Assembly: GCF_009914755.1 (NCBI RefSeq)
Contig: NC_060926.1
From: the human T2T-CHM13v2.0 reference genome, Homo sapiens
Length of the DNA stretch: 64,000 bases
Direction: 5' to 3' (one strand)
The notes under the pieces are model-generated. The model saw nothing but the letters and a program-made list of their open reading frames with translations, was not told the origin of the DNA and searched no databases. The translations under genes and the position numbers were made by a program. This document shows positions 41,006 through 53,974 of this stretch, piece by piece. Numbering within the stretch: position 1 is the stretch's first letter; each line of letters begins with the position of its first letter.

Positions 41006-41416
41006 TTAAATTTAAAAATCCAATTAACCCATTAGAATATCATTTTTTTGTAATGAGTATTGACTATTCTAGATAACTGTTTGTGATTAAAGCTTTTTTC
41101 TCAACTGTTTTTATTAGTTTGAACAGCAAAAATGATATAACCTTATTATATTTATATTTGAATTATTTACTTGATTAGTTTAGCCATTCTTCTGACTTAA
41201 GGATGGTATATCACTTAATTTTGCATCACACATAAAATCACATCATTCTGAAAGAATCATCAAACACCAACACCCTAGATACTAAGTCTGGATTTGCAAC
41301 TGGCTACTTATGTCATCTTTGACAAATTATATAAATTGTTCTTTGCCTCATTTTTGATATCTGTAAAACTAAGAAAATGCTAAACACTTGCCAAGAAATT
41401 GTAGGAATTTCATGAG

Positions 41417-42291
41417 TATCTTGATCTTCCATTGATTCTACAATAAGTTACCACAAACTTGGGGGCTTAAACAATACAAATGTATTATTATTTTATAGTA
41501 TTATAGATGAGTATTCTGACAAGACTCTTACCAAGTTAAAATCAAGATGTGAGCATAGTGCATTCTTTTATACAGGTTATGGGTAAAATATGATTTCTTG
41601 CTCTTTTCTGGTTTTCAAGACTTCTCACATTACTTGGCTTATTATCATTGCCCGCCCATCCTTAATTTTCAAAGCCCGCAAGGGTAGATAGAGGCCTCCT
41701 TACACTTTCCTTCCTCTGGATTTCTTACAACACCAGAAAAGATTCTCTACTTGAAAGGATTTGTGGTTAGAGTGACCCCACCCAGATAACATAGGATAAT
41801 CATTCCATCTCAAGTTCCTTAATCTTAATCACATCTGCAAAGTCCCCTTTGCCATATATATTAGTCTGTTTTCACACTGCTGATAAAGACATACCTGAAA
41901 TTGGGCAATTTATAAAAGCAAGAAGTTTAACTGGACTCACAGTTCCACATGGCTGGGCAGGCCTCACAATCATGCAGAAGGCAAGGAGGAGCAAGTCACA
42001 TCTTACATGGATGGCAGCAGGCAAAAAAAAAAAAAAAAGAGCTTATGCAGGGAAACTCCCATTTTTTAAAACCATCAGATCTCATTCACTATCATGAGGA
42101 CAGTGCAGGAAACACTTGTCCCCACAATTCAATCACCTCCCACAACACATGAGAATTGTGGGAGTTAAAATCCAAGATGAGATATGGGTGAGGACACAGC
42201 CAAACCATATCACCATGTAAGGTAACATATTCACAGGGTCTGGGGATTGGGTTGTGAATATTTCTGCAGGGCCATTATTTTGCCTACCACA
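41417..42291 (-). mobile_element. MLT1D-like solo LTR split by THE1
   Basis: ttaccacaaacttgggggcttaaacaa...gccattattttgcctaccaca; 5-bp TSD ATGAG at 41412-41416 and 42292-42296. Confidence 0.85.
41857..42212 (-). mobile_element. THE1A/B solo LTR
   Basis: tattagtctgttttcacactgctgataaagacatacc...ggacacagccaaaccatatca; TSD ccata/ccatg. Confidence 0.92.
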
Positions 42292-44389
42292 ATGAGATTA
42301 TGTGTGTCTCATGACAAATACAGGTCCGACACTTAGTTAATTCTGGATATACATAATAGTACTTTTATTATTTAAAATAGGTACTACATGATAAAATGAC
42401 AAAGGACACTTCAAAATGCCAAAAAGAGATGGATAACCAAATCTGAGAAGCTTTACATAAACTAAATATATAAATATTATTACTATTCCTCCAAAATAAT
42501 TCCTCTCTTAGGATATTAGTTCAGCCAGGTAGGCTTCTATGTGCCAGATGATTTTCTTGGTATGAAGCCATTAAAATATACTCATTACCAGCCACAATTG
42601 TTTCACCTTTCCTCTGCATGGGCAGCCAAAATATCTCAGTGCCATTTGGATAGATTTCATTTTTGTGATCTAATCATCACAATTCATACTTAAAACTGAA
42701 GAAACACCAAACACACATAAAGGAAAATATTATTGCTATTGCCACTATTTTAAAAAGTAGATTGTTGGCTCTGTCCTCTGTGATAAATCACATTTTTTCT
42801 TTTATTAATTCGCATCAATATCTGTAATTTCTGTAACTCTAAGACGTGATGTGTACCTATAGTTTTCTCTTGAAATGGGGAGAGTAGGCAGTAGTTTTTA
42901 GGGAGCAGAGACATAACTTTCATAGTTGCAAAGGTCTCCGTTACGAAGTATGAAATCATTCTAGTTTCTGTCTTGCTTCTGTGCTCCACACACACATGGG
43001 TGCAAACATTAATACTTTCTTCAAAATAAGAGTAATTGCAGAAATTTCACTCATTTACAACATCTGGAATTAAAGAAGATTGAGTAGAATTAATCTAGTA
43101 AATGTTAATTGTCTTAAAAATAGCAGTCATTGCCACTACCACCACAGTAAAGAGTTTTCTGCTAATAAATTCCCATGCACCACAGGCAAATCAAATGCCA
43201 TCTAGATAGTGGAGACTGCGGCCAAAGCAAATCACTTTATTAATGACATTGGAAATGTCAATTTCTACTTTAGGATTAGCTTTTCTCTCCTGTAGCTTTT
43301 GCCCAAGGGAATTAATTCTGAAATTAGGACTGGCCATATTGTATCAGTTATTGCTTCTTTGACCAAAAAAAATTAAAATACAGACTTTTTGAATGGTAAG
43401 TGATTCTTGATTTTTTGAGCAATTCTGGCCCAGTTTGAGCTGGGACTTTCAGTCTAATGCCATCAAGTTATCAGTAAAGTAATTGTATTGTCAAAAATGG
43501 CTACAAAGGATGTTTTCTCCATTTCGTGGACATTTTCAAAATATTTCTAAAAGTTTTGTCAGTATTTGCCCATTTCATAATATATTCTGGTAGAAATGTA
43601 GCCAGAGGTATTTTAAGCAAATCCTAATTAAGGACCATTTACATGTCAGTGATCAAAACACAGGAAGATAAAGTTGGCATTTAATGATGATAAGACACAT
43701 TTATGTACTACCTTTTCTTGAGACATTCAAAACAGTTAAGCATGAAGTGTAAGTATCTGTTTAACCCTGAGACTTGGAATTGGGCAAGTCTTTCTAGATG
43801 GGGCCAAGGAGTGTTGTGTATTTATTTACCCTGCACATGTGACAGCACAAGGAATAGCCTTATTTAATTTTAGTGGGGAAAAAGTGTATAGCCAGAGGTG
43901 AATTGACATAGAGAAACAGAGAGCCTCAGTTCAGGTACTGTTTGCCTCTGAAATCATTGTTGCTACATGATGTTCCGTCCTTTGCTAACAATCTCTGAAA
44001 TAAATTAAGGATTTTGTTCCCTCAAGAAAAGAAAGCTATAATCCATGCTCCTCGTAAATTAGCAAAGAAGTTTCTGCCAAAGACTGAGTTTCTGAAATGT
44101 TTCAGTCAAAGGATGTAAATCAAAGAACAAAGGAGGAAAATTCATATAAAACTGGCAATGCCATATTTTACTGCCAGAGTCAAGTTGAAGGGATGATGAT
44201 ACCTTAGAAAACTTAGAAAGAAGATATGTGTTCCTCTCTCCACTACTTTTTCAGTTGGTTATTGACAACCTACTTTTAACATGGAATGTAAGTAAAATCA
44301 GAGAAAAGGAAGCAAGTAAAAAAATAAACTCCAAATACAAGAACCAAGTAGTATTAATATTTTCTTGTATTTACTTCTCCATTTCTCTG

Positions 44390-45870
44390 AAAATTATTTT
44401 TGTTTATGTTTAGTATTATTTCAAATTTATAGAATATTTGCAAAAAGCATACATAAATACCCTGATACTAGAGTCCAAATTTATCAACTGTTAAATATTG
44501 CCCCATTTACCAAGTCACTCTCACTCTCTTTCTCTTCATATGCATGCATGTACACACACTCACACTCATCTAGCTATTTATACATAACTATTTGTTATCA
44601 CGTATGTAGGACATTATTTTTTTCTGAACCACTTGAGAGCCAATTAAATGCATCATGTCTTTACTCCCAAATATCTATAAAAATCAAACACTTGAACATC
44701 ATTACAATATATTATCTAACCCACAGTTCATATTTAAATTTTGTCAATTGTCCCTGTAATGCATTGTATAGTTACTCTTTTCTCAGTACAGTATCTAATC
44801 AAGATCACACATTGCATTTACTTGTCTAGTTATTATCTGGCAATCTGATAAAGTTCTCCACCTTTCCTTTGTCTTTCTCAACCTTGACACCTCTTAACAG
44901 AACAGGTCTATTATTTTGCAGATTGTCCCTCTCTCAATCTGAGTTTGTCTGGTGTTTCCTCAGAACTTGGTTCAGCTTATGCAATTATGCCATGCCCTTG
45001 TCACTTATCATTCCAAAAGGCACATCGTGTCAGTTTGTTCCCACTTTCATAACATGAGCTTTGATCACCTGGTCAGGTGATATCTGAAAAGATTCTTCAC
45101 TGTAGATTACTTTTCCATTTATAATTAATCCATAATGTGTAGGTAGATGCTTTTTAGATAATATAAATTCCTCAGAAAACCTTCATTCATTAATTTTAGC
45201 AAACATTCATGATTTTAACCCTATCATTTCTTCTATTAATGTAATAATCTATTGACAGAGGTTTATTGTCTTCCCTGTTTATATATCGATCAATTTATTT
45301 ATTCATGTATATTCATACAGACTCACAAATTTCTTTTTTATTCAATGAGCCATAATTATTATCAATATTCTTATAACTTTCATGCTCTAGATGCTCCAGA
45401 TTTGGCCAGTGGGAACCTTTTCAATCTTTTCGACTCATTCCCATGATTTATTGAGCATTTCTGTAATTTACGTTACAAAAATGTTCCAGGCCAGTGTTGA
45501 ATTTTCTCTACTCCAAACTTTATATTAGTCTTTACTTTAGTGAGTCCTGGTTCCTTTTAGTGCAGCATGGTATTTAAAAACCAAAGTCTAAGGGCTAAGT
45601 ATACTCATTGTCACTGATGTGTCATTTCCTCTAGGCCCACTCAGCAGACAGAGCTAGAAAATATATGCATGTGTGCATGCTCTCTCACACACTCATGTCT
45701 ATATATATAGATATAATTATATATACCTATATATTTATCAAGTAATAACTATGTGTTCGTACTGACTCATCAGTATGAGTTCATACAAATCCCAATCCAA
45801 CACCATAGGGAACATTCTACTTTTCTTCCAAATTTTGTAATTCCCTTTTCCTGTAGTATGTTATTTTTTA
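44390..45870 (-). mobile_element. L1MC-type 3' UTR
   Basis: aattttgtcaattgtccc, aatcaagatcacacattgcattta, ccagatttggccagtgggaac, cagcagacagagctag. Confidence 0.8.
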
Positions 45871-46295
45871 CTAACTGTTAGAAAAGAAAGAGTAATAAAT
45901 AAAAATAAATAAATTGTATGCATATATACACATATTAAGGTATCATTCACATACCGTAACATTTACTCTTGTTAAGTATACAGTTAGTGGATTTTGGTAC
46001 ATTCACAAAGTTAGGTGACCATCACTACTAATTCCAGAATATTTTTATCACCCCCTAAAAAATCCCATAGCCATCAGTAGTCACCCTTCACACCCCTCCC
46101 TCGATCCCTGGTGAACATTAATCTTCTTTATGTTTCTATGTATTTGCTTATTTTGATTTCATGTAAATGGAGTCATACAATATGTGGCCCTTTGTGTCTG
46201 GCTTCCTTCACTTAGCATAATGTTTCCAAATTCATCCATGTTGGAGCATCAATTAATGTTTAATTCTAATTTTATGGCTTAATGACATTATAGTA

Positions 46296-46351
<56 letters not shown>
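46296..46351. repeat. Compound (TG)n(TA)n microsatellite
   Basis: Direct reading. Confidence 0.97.
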
Positions 46352-46360
<9 letters not shown>

Positions 46361-47834
46361 ATCTTTCATCATTTGGTATGAGTGTGGGTTATTTCCACTC
46401 CTTTAGCAATTTTAATAGTGCTGCTATGAGTTTTGGTAAAAGTTTATATGTGAACATATGTTTTCAATGTATCTTGTGTATATACATAGATGTGGAACTG
46501 TTGGGTCACATAGCAAAACTATGTTTACTTTTTATATAACTTCCAAACAGTTTTCCAAACACATCACTGTACATTCCAATCAGCAATGTGTGAAGATTCT
46601 AATTTCCTTGTATAACTAATACTTGTTATTATCTACCTTTTTCATTATAGCCATGCTAGTGGGTATGAAGTGGTAGCTAACCGTTTTAAGTTGCATTTCC
46701 TTAATGATTAATGATGTCAAGAATCTTGTGCTTATTGACAGTTTCATATATTCTTCAGAGAAATGTTTATTCCCATCTTTTGCCCATTTTTCAATTTTTT
46801 TGTTTTTATTGAGTTGTGTTTTTTTAAAAATATATTCTGAGTACTAGACTCTTATCAGATATATTTGTAAATAGTTTATCCCATTCTCTGGGTTGTCTTT
46901 TCACTTTATTAATAGTATCCTTTTAAGGACTATACTTTTTAATTTGGAAAAGGTCCAATTAATCTATTTTTCTTTGGTTATTTGTGATTTTAATGCAGTG
47001 TCTAAAAATCCATCAACTTATTCAAGGTCACAAATATTTTTACCTGTTTTCTTCTAATGATTTTATAGTTTTAGCTCTTAACATATCTTCCATTTTTTTG
47101 AATTAATTTTTGTAAATTACATGAACTTCATTATTCTGCATTTGTGTAGCCATTTGTCCTAGCCACACTTGATGAAAAGACTATTCCCTGCACACTGAAT
47201 GGTCTTGGCACCCTTGTCAAAACTTAATTGGCCATATATGCATAGGTTTACTTGTGGACTTCCTATTCTATTCAGTTGATTTATACGTCTATCCTTATGC
47301 CAGTACTATGGAGTCTTGAATTGGACATATAGTTTTACTTCTGGACTTACAATTCTATTCAGTTGTTTTATATGTCTGTTCTTATGCCAGTACCTTGGAG
47401 TCTTAATTACTGCAGCTTTGTACTAAGTTTTAATATCAAGAAGTGTGAGCTTCCAACTTTGTTCTTTTTCAAGATTGTTTTGACTTTTATGGGTCCTTTG
47501 AGTTTTCATATGACTTTCAGGATTGACTTGTCAATTTCTGCAAAAACCAGTTGCGATTTTCATACAGATTGCATAGAATCTATAGATCAGTTTGAGGAGT
47601 ACATCATAACAATACAAAGTGTTCTAATGTTTCAACACAGAATGCCTTTCCATTTATTTAGCGCTTTGTTAATTCATTTCAATAATGTTTTATGGTTTTC
47701 AATGTACAAGTATGATAGTTTTTTGTATATTTTCTAATAATTTTATTATTTTTGATGCTATTGTGAATAAAATTATTTTCTTAATTTCGTATTAGGATCA
47801 TTCATTACTAGTGAATAGATATGCACCTTTTGCT

Positions 47835-47975
47835 CTTATTATTTTTAATTGATATATGTTAATTGTTCATGTTTATAGGGTACAGTGTGATATTTTGATA
47901 CATATACACAATGTGTAATGATGAAATCAGGGTAATAAGCATAACTATCACCTCAAACATTTATTATTTCTTTGA
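47835..47975 (-). mobile_element. Short L1MA 3' end nested in L1MB
   Basis: gggtacagtgtgatattttgatacat...atcagggtaataagcata...cacctcaaacatttatt. Confidence 0.75.
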
Positions 47976-48205
47976 TATACTTGATTTTTGCATATGGAAT
48001 TTGTATATTGCAAATTAGCTAAAATCCTTATTAGCTGTAATATTCCTTTTGCGAATTTCTTAGAAATATATATATATATCTCACATATAAATGGAGATTG
48101 TTTGTGATATTTGCATGTCATGATTTATAATAGTAATAAAATACTATTGTGTGTAAAGCAACACATACAAATATTCAGGAAAGTCACGACACTTACCTTA
48201 AATAG

Positions 48206-48406
<201 letters not shown>

Positions 48407-49460
48407 TGAGAGAGATTTTAAAAGTTTCTGAGACCCTTAAAAGTCAGCATACAGACAGAGGAAGACTCATTCTTATAGATTAAAAAAAGATTTTTATAAT
48501 ATACTTATTTATAATCATAAAAATGTAAAAGCTAAACTGTTCAGCTAGTAAAATTATAAAATAAGCATGCTATATAAACATGACAGAATATAACGGAGCT
48601 GCTGAACTATGTTAGAATACATTTTAATATGCAGGGCACATAAACCATGATAATAAAAGAAAGATATGTATTCACTGTGATGACAACAATGTAAAACTGA
48701 TAAAAATTCCACATCTATGAAATATAGAAATATTAGATGGAAGTAAGGAAAAATATTTGTAATGGCTATCTTTGATTGGTAGAATAATAGATATTTTTCT
48801 TGAAATTTTTACACTTTTAATCACAATTTCAAAAGTTATGAACTGCCATATAATAACAATAAAATGCATTTATTTTAAAAATTAATGTAAAAATAATAGT
48901 AAATGTACAGTTTTCAGAATGACTATATATGTGATTGGTTGGACTTAGTTAATCCATGAAGCCGTTCAGCAGAGTTGAGTTTCATTTAAAATATGAAAGT
49001 GAAATGATATATAGAGGGATGAAAATTTAAAAATCAACAAGAGGACACTAAACATTCTAAGTATGTATTTGATGCTTGCTTAGTAGTTGCCCATATGGGC
49101 ATGCGGTGTGCAGTATAGATTGACTTGCTTTATTTTTCTATGTGGAATTTAAAAAAATCTGCACAGCTCAGGGATCTTTCTGGTCATAATTATCAGTTTT
49201 TATTTGCCCTTGTAAAATTTTGTTTATAGCTTTTTTTTCTATTAAATTTGTTATTTCCTTGAGGACTTGATTAGTCAGCCACTTGGAGAAAAGAAATTAA
49301 ATATAAACAGAGTCATCTTAAGACCAAAAAAGAGGGGGATTTACATTCAGAAGAATTATTTTTTCTAACACATGTGGAGTTAAGAAGGAGGATTCTTAAA
49401 TGCTACAACTCCTAAAGCATTGACCACTACCTAAAATATATTTTTAAAAGAACATACTCT

Positions 49461-50366
49461 CTTGGAACCTTCATCCACTGTTAGTGGGAATGTGAATTAG
49501 TACAAATACTATGGAGAAAAATTTGGAGACTCCTTGGAAAATAAAAATATAGCTACCATATGACCCAGCAATCCCATTCTTAGGTATATACCCAAAAGCA
49601 AGAAAATCAGTGTATCAAAGAGGTATCCACACTCCCATGCTTATTGCAGCACTGTTCACAAGTGCCAAGATTTGGAGGCAAGCTAAGTGTCCATCAACAG
49701 ATGAATGAATAAAGAAAACGTGGTCCATATACACAACGGAGTACTACTTAGACATAAAAGAGAATGAGATCTTGTCATTTGCAAAAACATGGATGGAACC
49801 AGAGGACGTAAGTGAAATAAGCCAGGCACAGACAGACAAACATCACAGGTTCTCGCTCATCTGTGGGAGCTAAAATTTGAGACCATTGAACTCATGGAGA
49901 TAGAGAGTAGAAGGATGATTATCAGAGACTAGCAAAGGTAGTCTCAGGGTGGTGAGGTAGGGGGATTGATTAACTGGTACAAAAAAAATAGTTAGAAAGA
50001 ATAAATAAGACAGTATTTGCTAGCACAACAGAGTGACTATAGGAAAAAATAATTTAATTATTCATTTAAAAATAACTAAAAGAGTACAATTGGATTGTTT
50101 GAAACACAAAGGAGAAGTGCTTGAGATGATGGACACCCCATTTTCCCTGATGTGATTATTACCTATTGCATGTCAGTATGAAAATATCTCATGTAGATTG
50201 TGCCATTGCACTCCAGGCTAGGCGACAGAGTGAGACTCTGTCTCAAAAAAAAAAAAAAGGAAAAGAAAATGTCTCACGTATCTGGGTTACATGAAATTAC
50301 CCATGACATGGTATACTTATGAGTTACCTAGTATGTACCCACAAAAATTAAAAATAAGAAAAATTA
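49461..50366 (+). mobile_element. L1MA (MA2/3-like) 3' end, 5'-truncated
   Basis: ORF2 C-terminus and 3' UTR ending gtacccacaaaaattaaaaat; TSD aaaagaacatactct (49446-49460) / aaaataatatactct (50367-50381). Confidence 0.9.
50196..50264 (+). mobile_element. Severely 5'-truncated Alu inside L1MA
   Basis: Last 49 nt of Alu plus tail; 16-bp TSD gaaaat(a/g)tctca(t/c)gta at 50180-50195 and 50265-50280. Confidence 0.9.
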
Positions 50367-51124
50367 AAAATAATATACTCTTTTGATGAATAAAACATTT
50401 CCAGCTATCTCTTACTTTCCCTCTTTCTCTTTATATATAATCTCTTTATTTTGTTGATTTAAAATAATGAATGAAGGTTTATTATACAAATACAAATAAC
50501 ACAATAGGACATAAAATATTGATAAAGTACTCTATATATCACAACCTAGAAATAATTTTTACATGATATGGTAACCTTACATAATGCAGGCATATACATA
50601 TATATATATGTTCACACTATATATGAAGCTTTTCATTATATTTAACTTAAAATATCAACAGTAATATAACATACATGTTTTTCTCTATAATGTTTTAACA
50701 TTTTATTTTTTATGTCAAAGTATATAGAACATCCCCATCTTCCTTAAAAATTATATTGTGTTCTATTGTATGAATGAACCATAGCTTCCTTAATTTTCTA
50801 TTGATGATCATTGAGATCATTTGCAAATTGCAGCTTTTTCTTTATTATAAACAAACCTGTAATCACTATCCTGGTATACATGTCTTTGCTCTGAATATCC
50901 TTTCAAAGCAGAAACATTAAATATAATTGGGAGGTAGTTATATTGATCTAAGCTTGTGCTATACAAGAAAATAATAGGCAGTATATCAGGTGACAGTAAA
51001 CACAGGGCAATATACATTATTCTATCTTTATACTCGTTCTTATAATGATGAGCTCATAAGACAATAGTCTAATAGAGGACTAAGAAGTATCTCTGTGATC
51101 ATCAATCAAGAGAATAAGGGTAAT

Positions 51125-51290
51125 CATAGTGACGGTGACTTTTATTGAAAGCTTAGGATATGCCAGTCAGTGAGTTAAATCAACTTACATAGTTCCTATA
51201 AAATCTCTATTAGGTAAATGATATTATTACGCTCATTTTGCAAATGGAAAAATTAAAGTGAATTAACTCAACTGAAGTCACATAGTGGAA
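51125..51290 (-). mobile_element. MIR
   Basis: tattattacgctcattttgcaaatggaaaaattaaag. Confidence 0.65.
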
Positions 51291-51628
51291 TCCATTTTCA
51301 GAGCAAGAATTCAGTTGTATTATGTATAATCTCATAAGAAGCATAACAATGTAAGTAGAAAGACCATCGAATAGAAATCTCTGCTGCCAGGATCCTTATT
51401 GAAGTTGACCTCTGATTACTGAAATTACTTTGGCCACTGTAACAATAAATGGCATCATGTGAAATGAAAACAACTCCAGCCTTTATGTCAGGGCTCCTCA
51501 GCCTCTTTACCTCAGCAAACATCCAATTCAAGGTGTTATTTTGCAATTTACATGAGTTTACATGTATTAAAATGCTTTGTAATATATTAAATGGCAAAGT
51601 GAGTAAATAATAAGAGATTGTGATACAT

Positions 51629-51765
51629 GCCATTTGGAACTGTGAGTTCCACCAGCCGTAGAACTCACCAGCCATGTGGAACTGTGAGCCAGTTAAGCCT
51701 CTTTCCTTTATAAATAACCCAGTCCCAGGTATTTCTTTATTGGCACATGAGAACAAACTCATACA
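51629..51765 (+). mobile_element. THE1/MST LTR 3' fragment with rearranged junction
   Basis: ccagccatgtggaactgtgag...cctcttttcctttataaataacccagtc...aactcataca. Confidence 0.85.
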
Positions 51766-51919
51766 AGTCTGTTACTCATATCTGAATACATGAAGCCTGA
51801 AATATAGGTAGGTTGGAGAAAAACATATTGGATATCTGAATCATTACTCAACCTTTCTTTAATTTTACATATACTGTTAATATCTAATGATAGTTTCTTT
51901 AGACTATATCAAACGTATT

Positions 51920-52145
51920 ATTATTTTTAAAATTTTAAAATTATTTTTAAAACATTTTTGGGTACATTATATATATATATATACACATACAAATGATATA
52001 TATGAGATATTTTTATACAGGCATGAATTGTGAAATAAGCATATCATGGAGAATGGGGTATCAATCCCCTCAAGCATTTACCCTTTGAGTTACAAATAAT
52101 CCAATAACATTCTCTAAGTTAAAGTATACAAATAAGTTATTAGCC
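51920..52145 (-). mobile_element. L1MA 3' end fragment
   Basis: catggagaatggggtatcaatcccctcaagcatttaccctttgagttacaaataatccaat. Confidence 0.85.
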
Positions 52146-53939
52146 ATTAAGGGAATTTTGCAATCCACCAATAATGACTGAAGCCATTTTTTAAAAAAAG
52201 CAAAATGCATATATTATAAAATTCCACAAAACCACTTAGATATTCAAGTCAAAATATTTGATTCACTGTTTATTTCCTTCTCTCTCACCTCCCACAGCTG
52301 TAGGGTCGAGTATGGTTAGCGTTTTCACTCAGAAGATCCTCTTAAATCTGTCCCTTCTTTTCTACCTTAATTAAGAATTCTACACTGATGACAGAAGATG
52401 AAGAATATTCTCCCCTTCTGGGGAGGGACAAAGATAAACTAGATAATTTGTGGTCGGAATAAGGTAAAGGGTATGGTCTCAAATTAAGAAATGTGATGGT
52501 TGAAGCTGGTAGAAGGAGAAGATTAGCTGAGCAACTTGGCAAGTCCTTCTCAGGGTTTCCAGGTGAGGAAGGGGCAAAGAGTCTAAAAGTATTAGGCATG
52601 GACTTGTGTGATGTTTGTTATGTTTTAAATTCCCAGTACTTGTTATCTATTACTAGTAACATTCACAGAGACTCTGTAAAAATACATCAGATTCAGGGGC
52701 CCTTAGAAAAATGTGTCCTAGAATATGAAGCTGCCTCTCTTTCTCCACATGTATATTTATATCTCTATATTTATGTCTCTACCTATCATTTCTCTAATTG
52801 TTTGTTGGTTTTCTTCTCATGCTGCTGTTATAGTATTAATAGTAAATATATTGCTTCTTTCAGCTGCAATAATATTTTTGGAGCTGGGAAATAGGGGGCA
52901 ACATCAAAAGAACTGATGAAAGCAAACTGAGTAATCACCCTAATGCTTTGGCGTATTTCCCTAATCTAAATACAGAAAGCAAGTCCTTTAAAGGACGAGA
53001 AGTAAAAACATGAGAGGAACTTTCCATGGACTCTCTTTTTATCAGCCACATTTTATCTGTTGGCTATTTATATTTCTGCTCATTGTAGCATCAAGAAGCT
53101 GCAGTTTGGGAAAATGAATCCTTCCTTTAAAATGCTTTTTGGGAATCACTTAAATTTGATTTTACACATACAAACATCGGCAAATTTTTCAGGTAAGAGC
53201 AAATTAATACTACTGCCAAAATAACAAAAACAACATTTTCCAACAACTGATAAAATATATTTCCCATTTTCATAAAAAAGAGTTTTACATGTAGTTCTCA
53301 GTTATGTCAGGAAGAGAACATTGAGAATAACTTCTTGATTTTGATTTTTGTCTCTAGTCAGAGCTGTGAACCTTTCCTATCTGCAAGGACCTTCTTTAAG
53401 TTGCTATGGCAATACCTACCATTCCCTTTTGTGTGCTTGCTAAGTTCTCTGCAAGGAGCTTAGAAGCATGTGTTTGTCAGGAGAGTGTGCACACGAGTGG
53501 TGGAAAAGAAAGATAAAGAGAAGAAAAACAGGGAGAGGTGGTGGAGGAAGAAAATCTGTGTCTAAAATATTCTCGAAATGATTTTATTGAAATTAGTTTT
53601 CAGGAAAACAATGTATTAAAAATGAAATAAAACCAAAATGTTTTACTGGTTTTGGTTAATCTGAATTTTCCTGGAAGGAATTTTAAACAACTTATGAATA
53701 CCAATGATTATTTAAAATATATTTTTAAAAGATATACAAAAGTAATATTTAAATAACCTAATTTTCCAATTGAGTCTACAGATCTTACTTATCCTCTGTA
53801 GCTTTTACTTCAATAGAAATAAAATTATGCTTTTAAAGAAATCCTGCCTAAGCATCATCTGCTTACTCTTTTATCCCCTTCATTGCCCACACAGGGTGTT
53901 CATTTTGATTCTTTTTTTTTCTCTTCCCACTGCTTTTAG

Positions 53940-53974
53940 AAACTGGCTGGAGATGTAGCAGGGACGCATCCAAG
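53940..53974 (+). other. Candidate short exon (35 nt)
   Basis: Long pyrimidine tract ttctttttttttctcttcccactgcttttAG and AAG|GTAAGG donor. Confidence 0.4.

Larger units (their letters stand above)
41280..42370 (+). mobile_element. MIR split by the MLT1D insertion
   Basis: tgcctcatttttgatatctgtaaaa before 41416; atgagattatgtgtg after 42292. Confidence 0.55.
45930..48065 (-). mobile_element. L1MB 3' end plus ORF2 C-terminal region
   Basis: Continuous antisense L1 (cacttagcataatgttt, gttgcatttccttaatg, gttctttttcaagattgtttt). Confidence 0.88.

Noticed and set aside
44365-44829. 154-aa ORF (and the 124-aa ORF at 47363, and the 154-aa ORF at 51298-51762)
   Set aside because: These are antisense frames of L1 fossils, or a frame starting in an LTR fragment; no coding signature.
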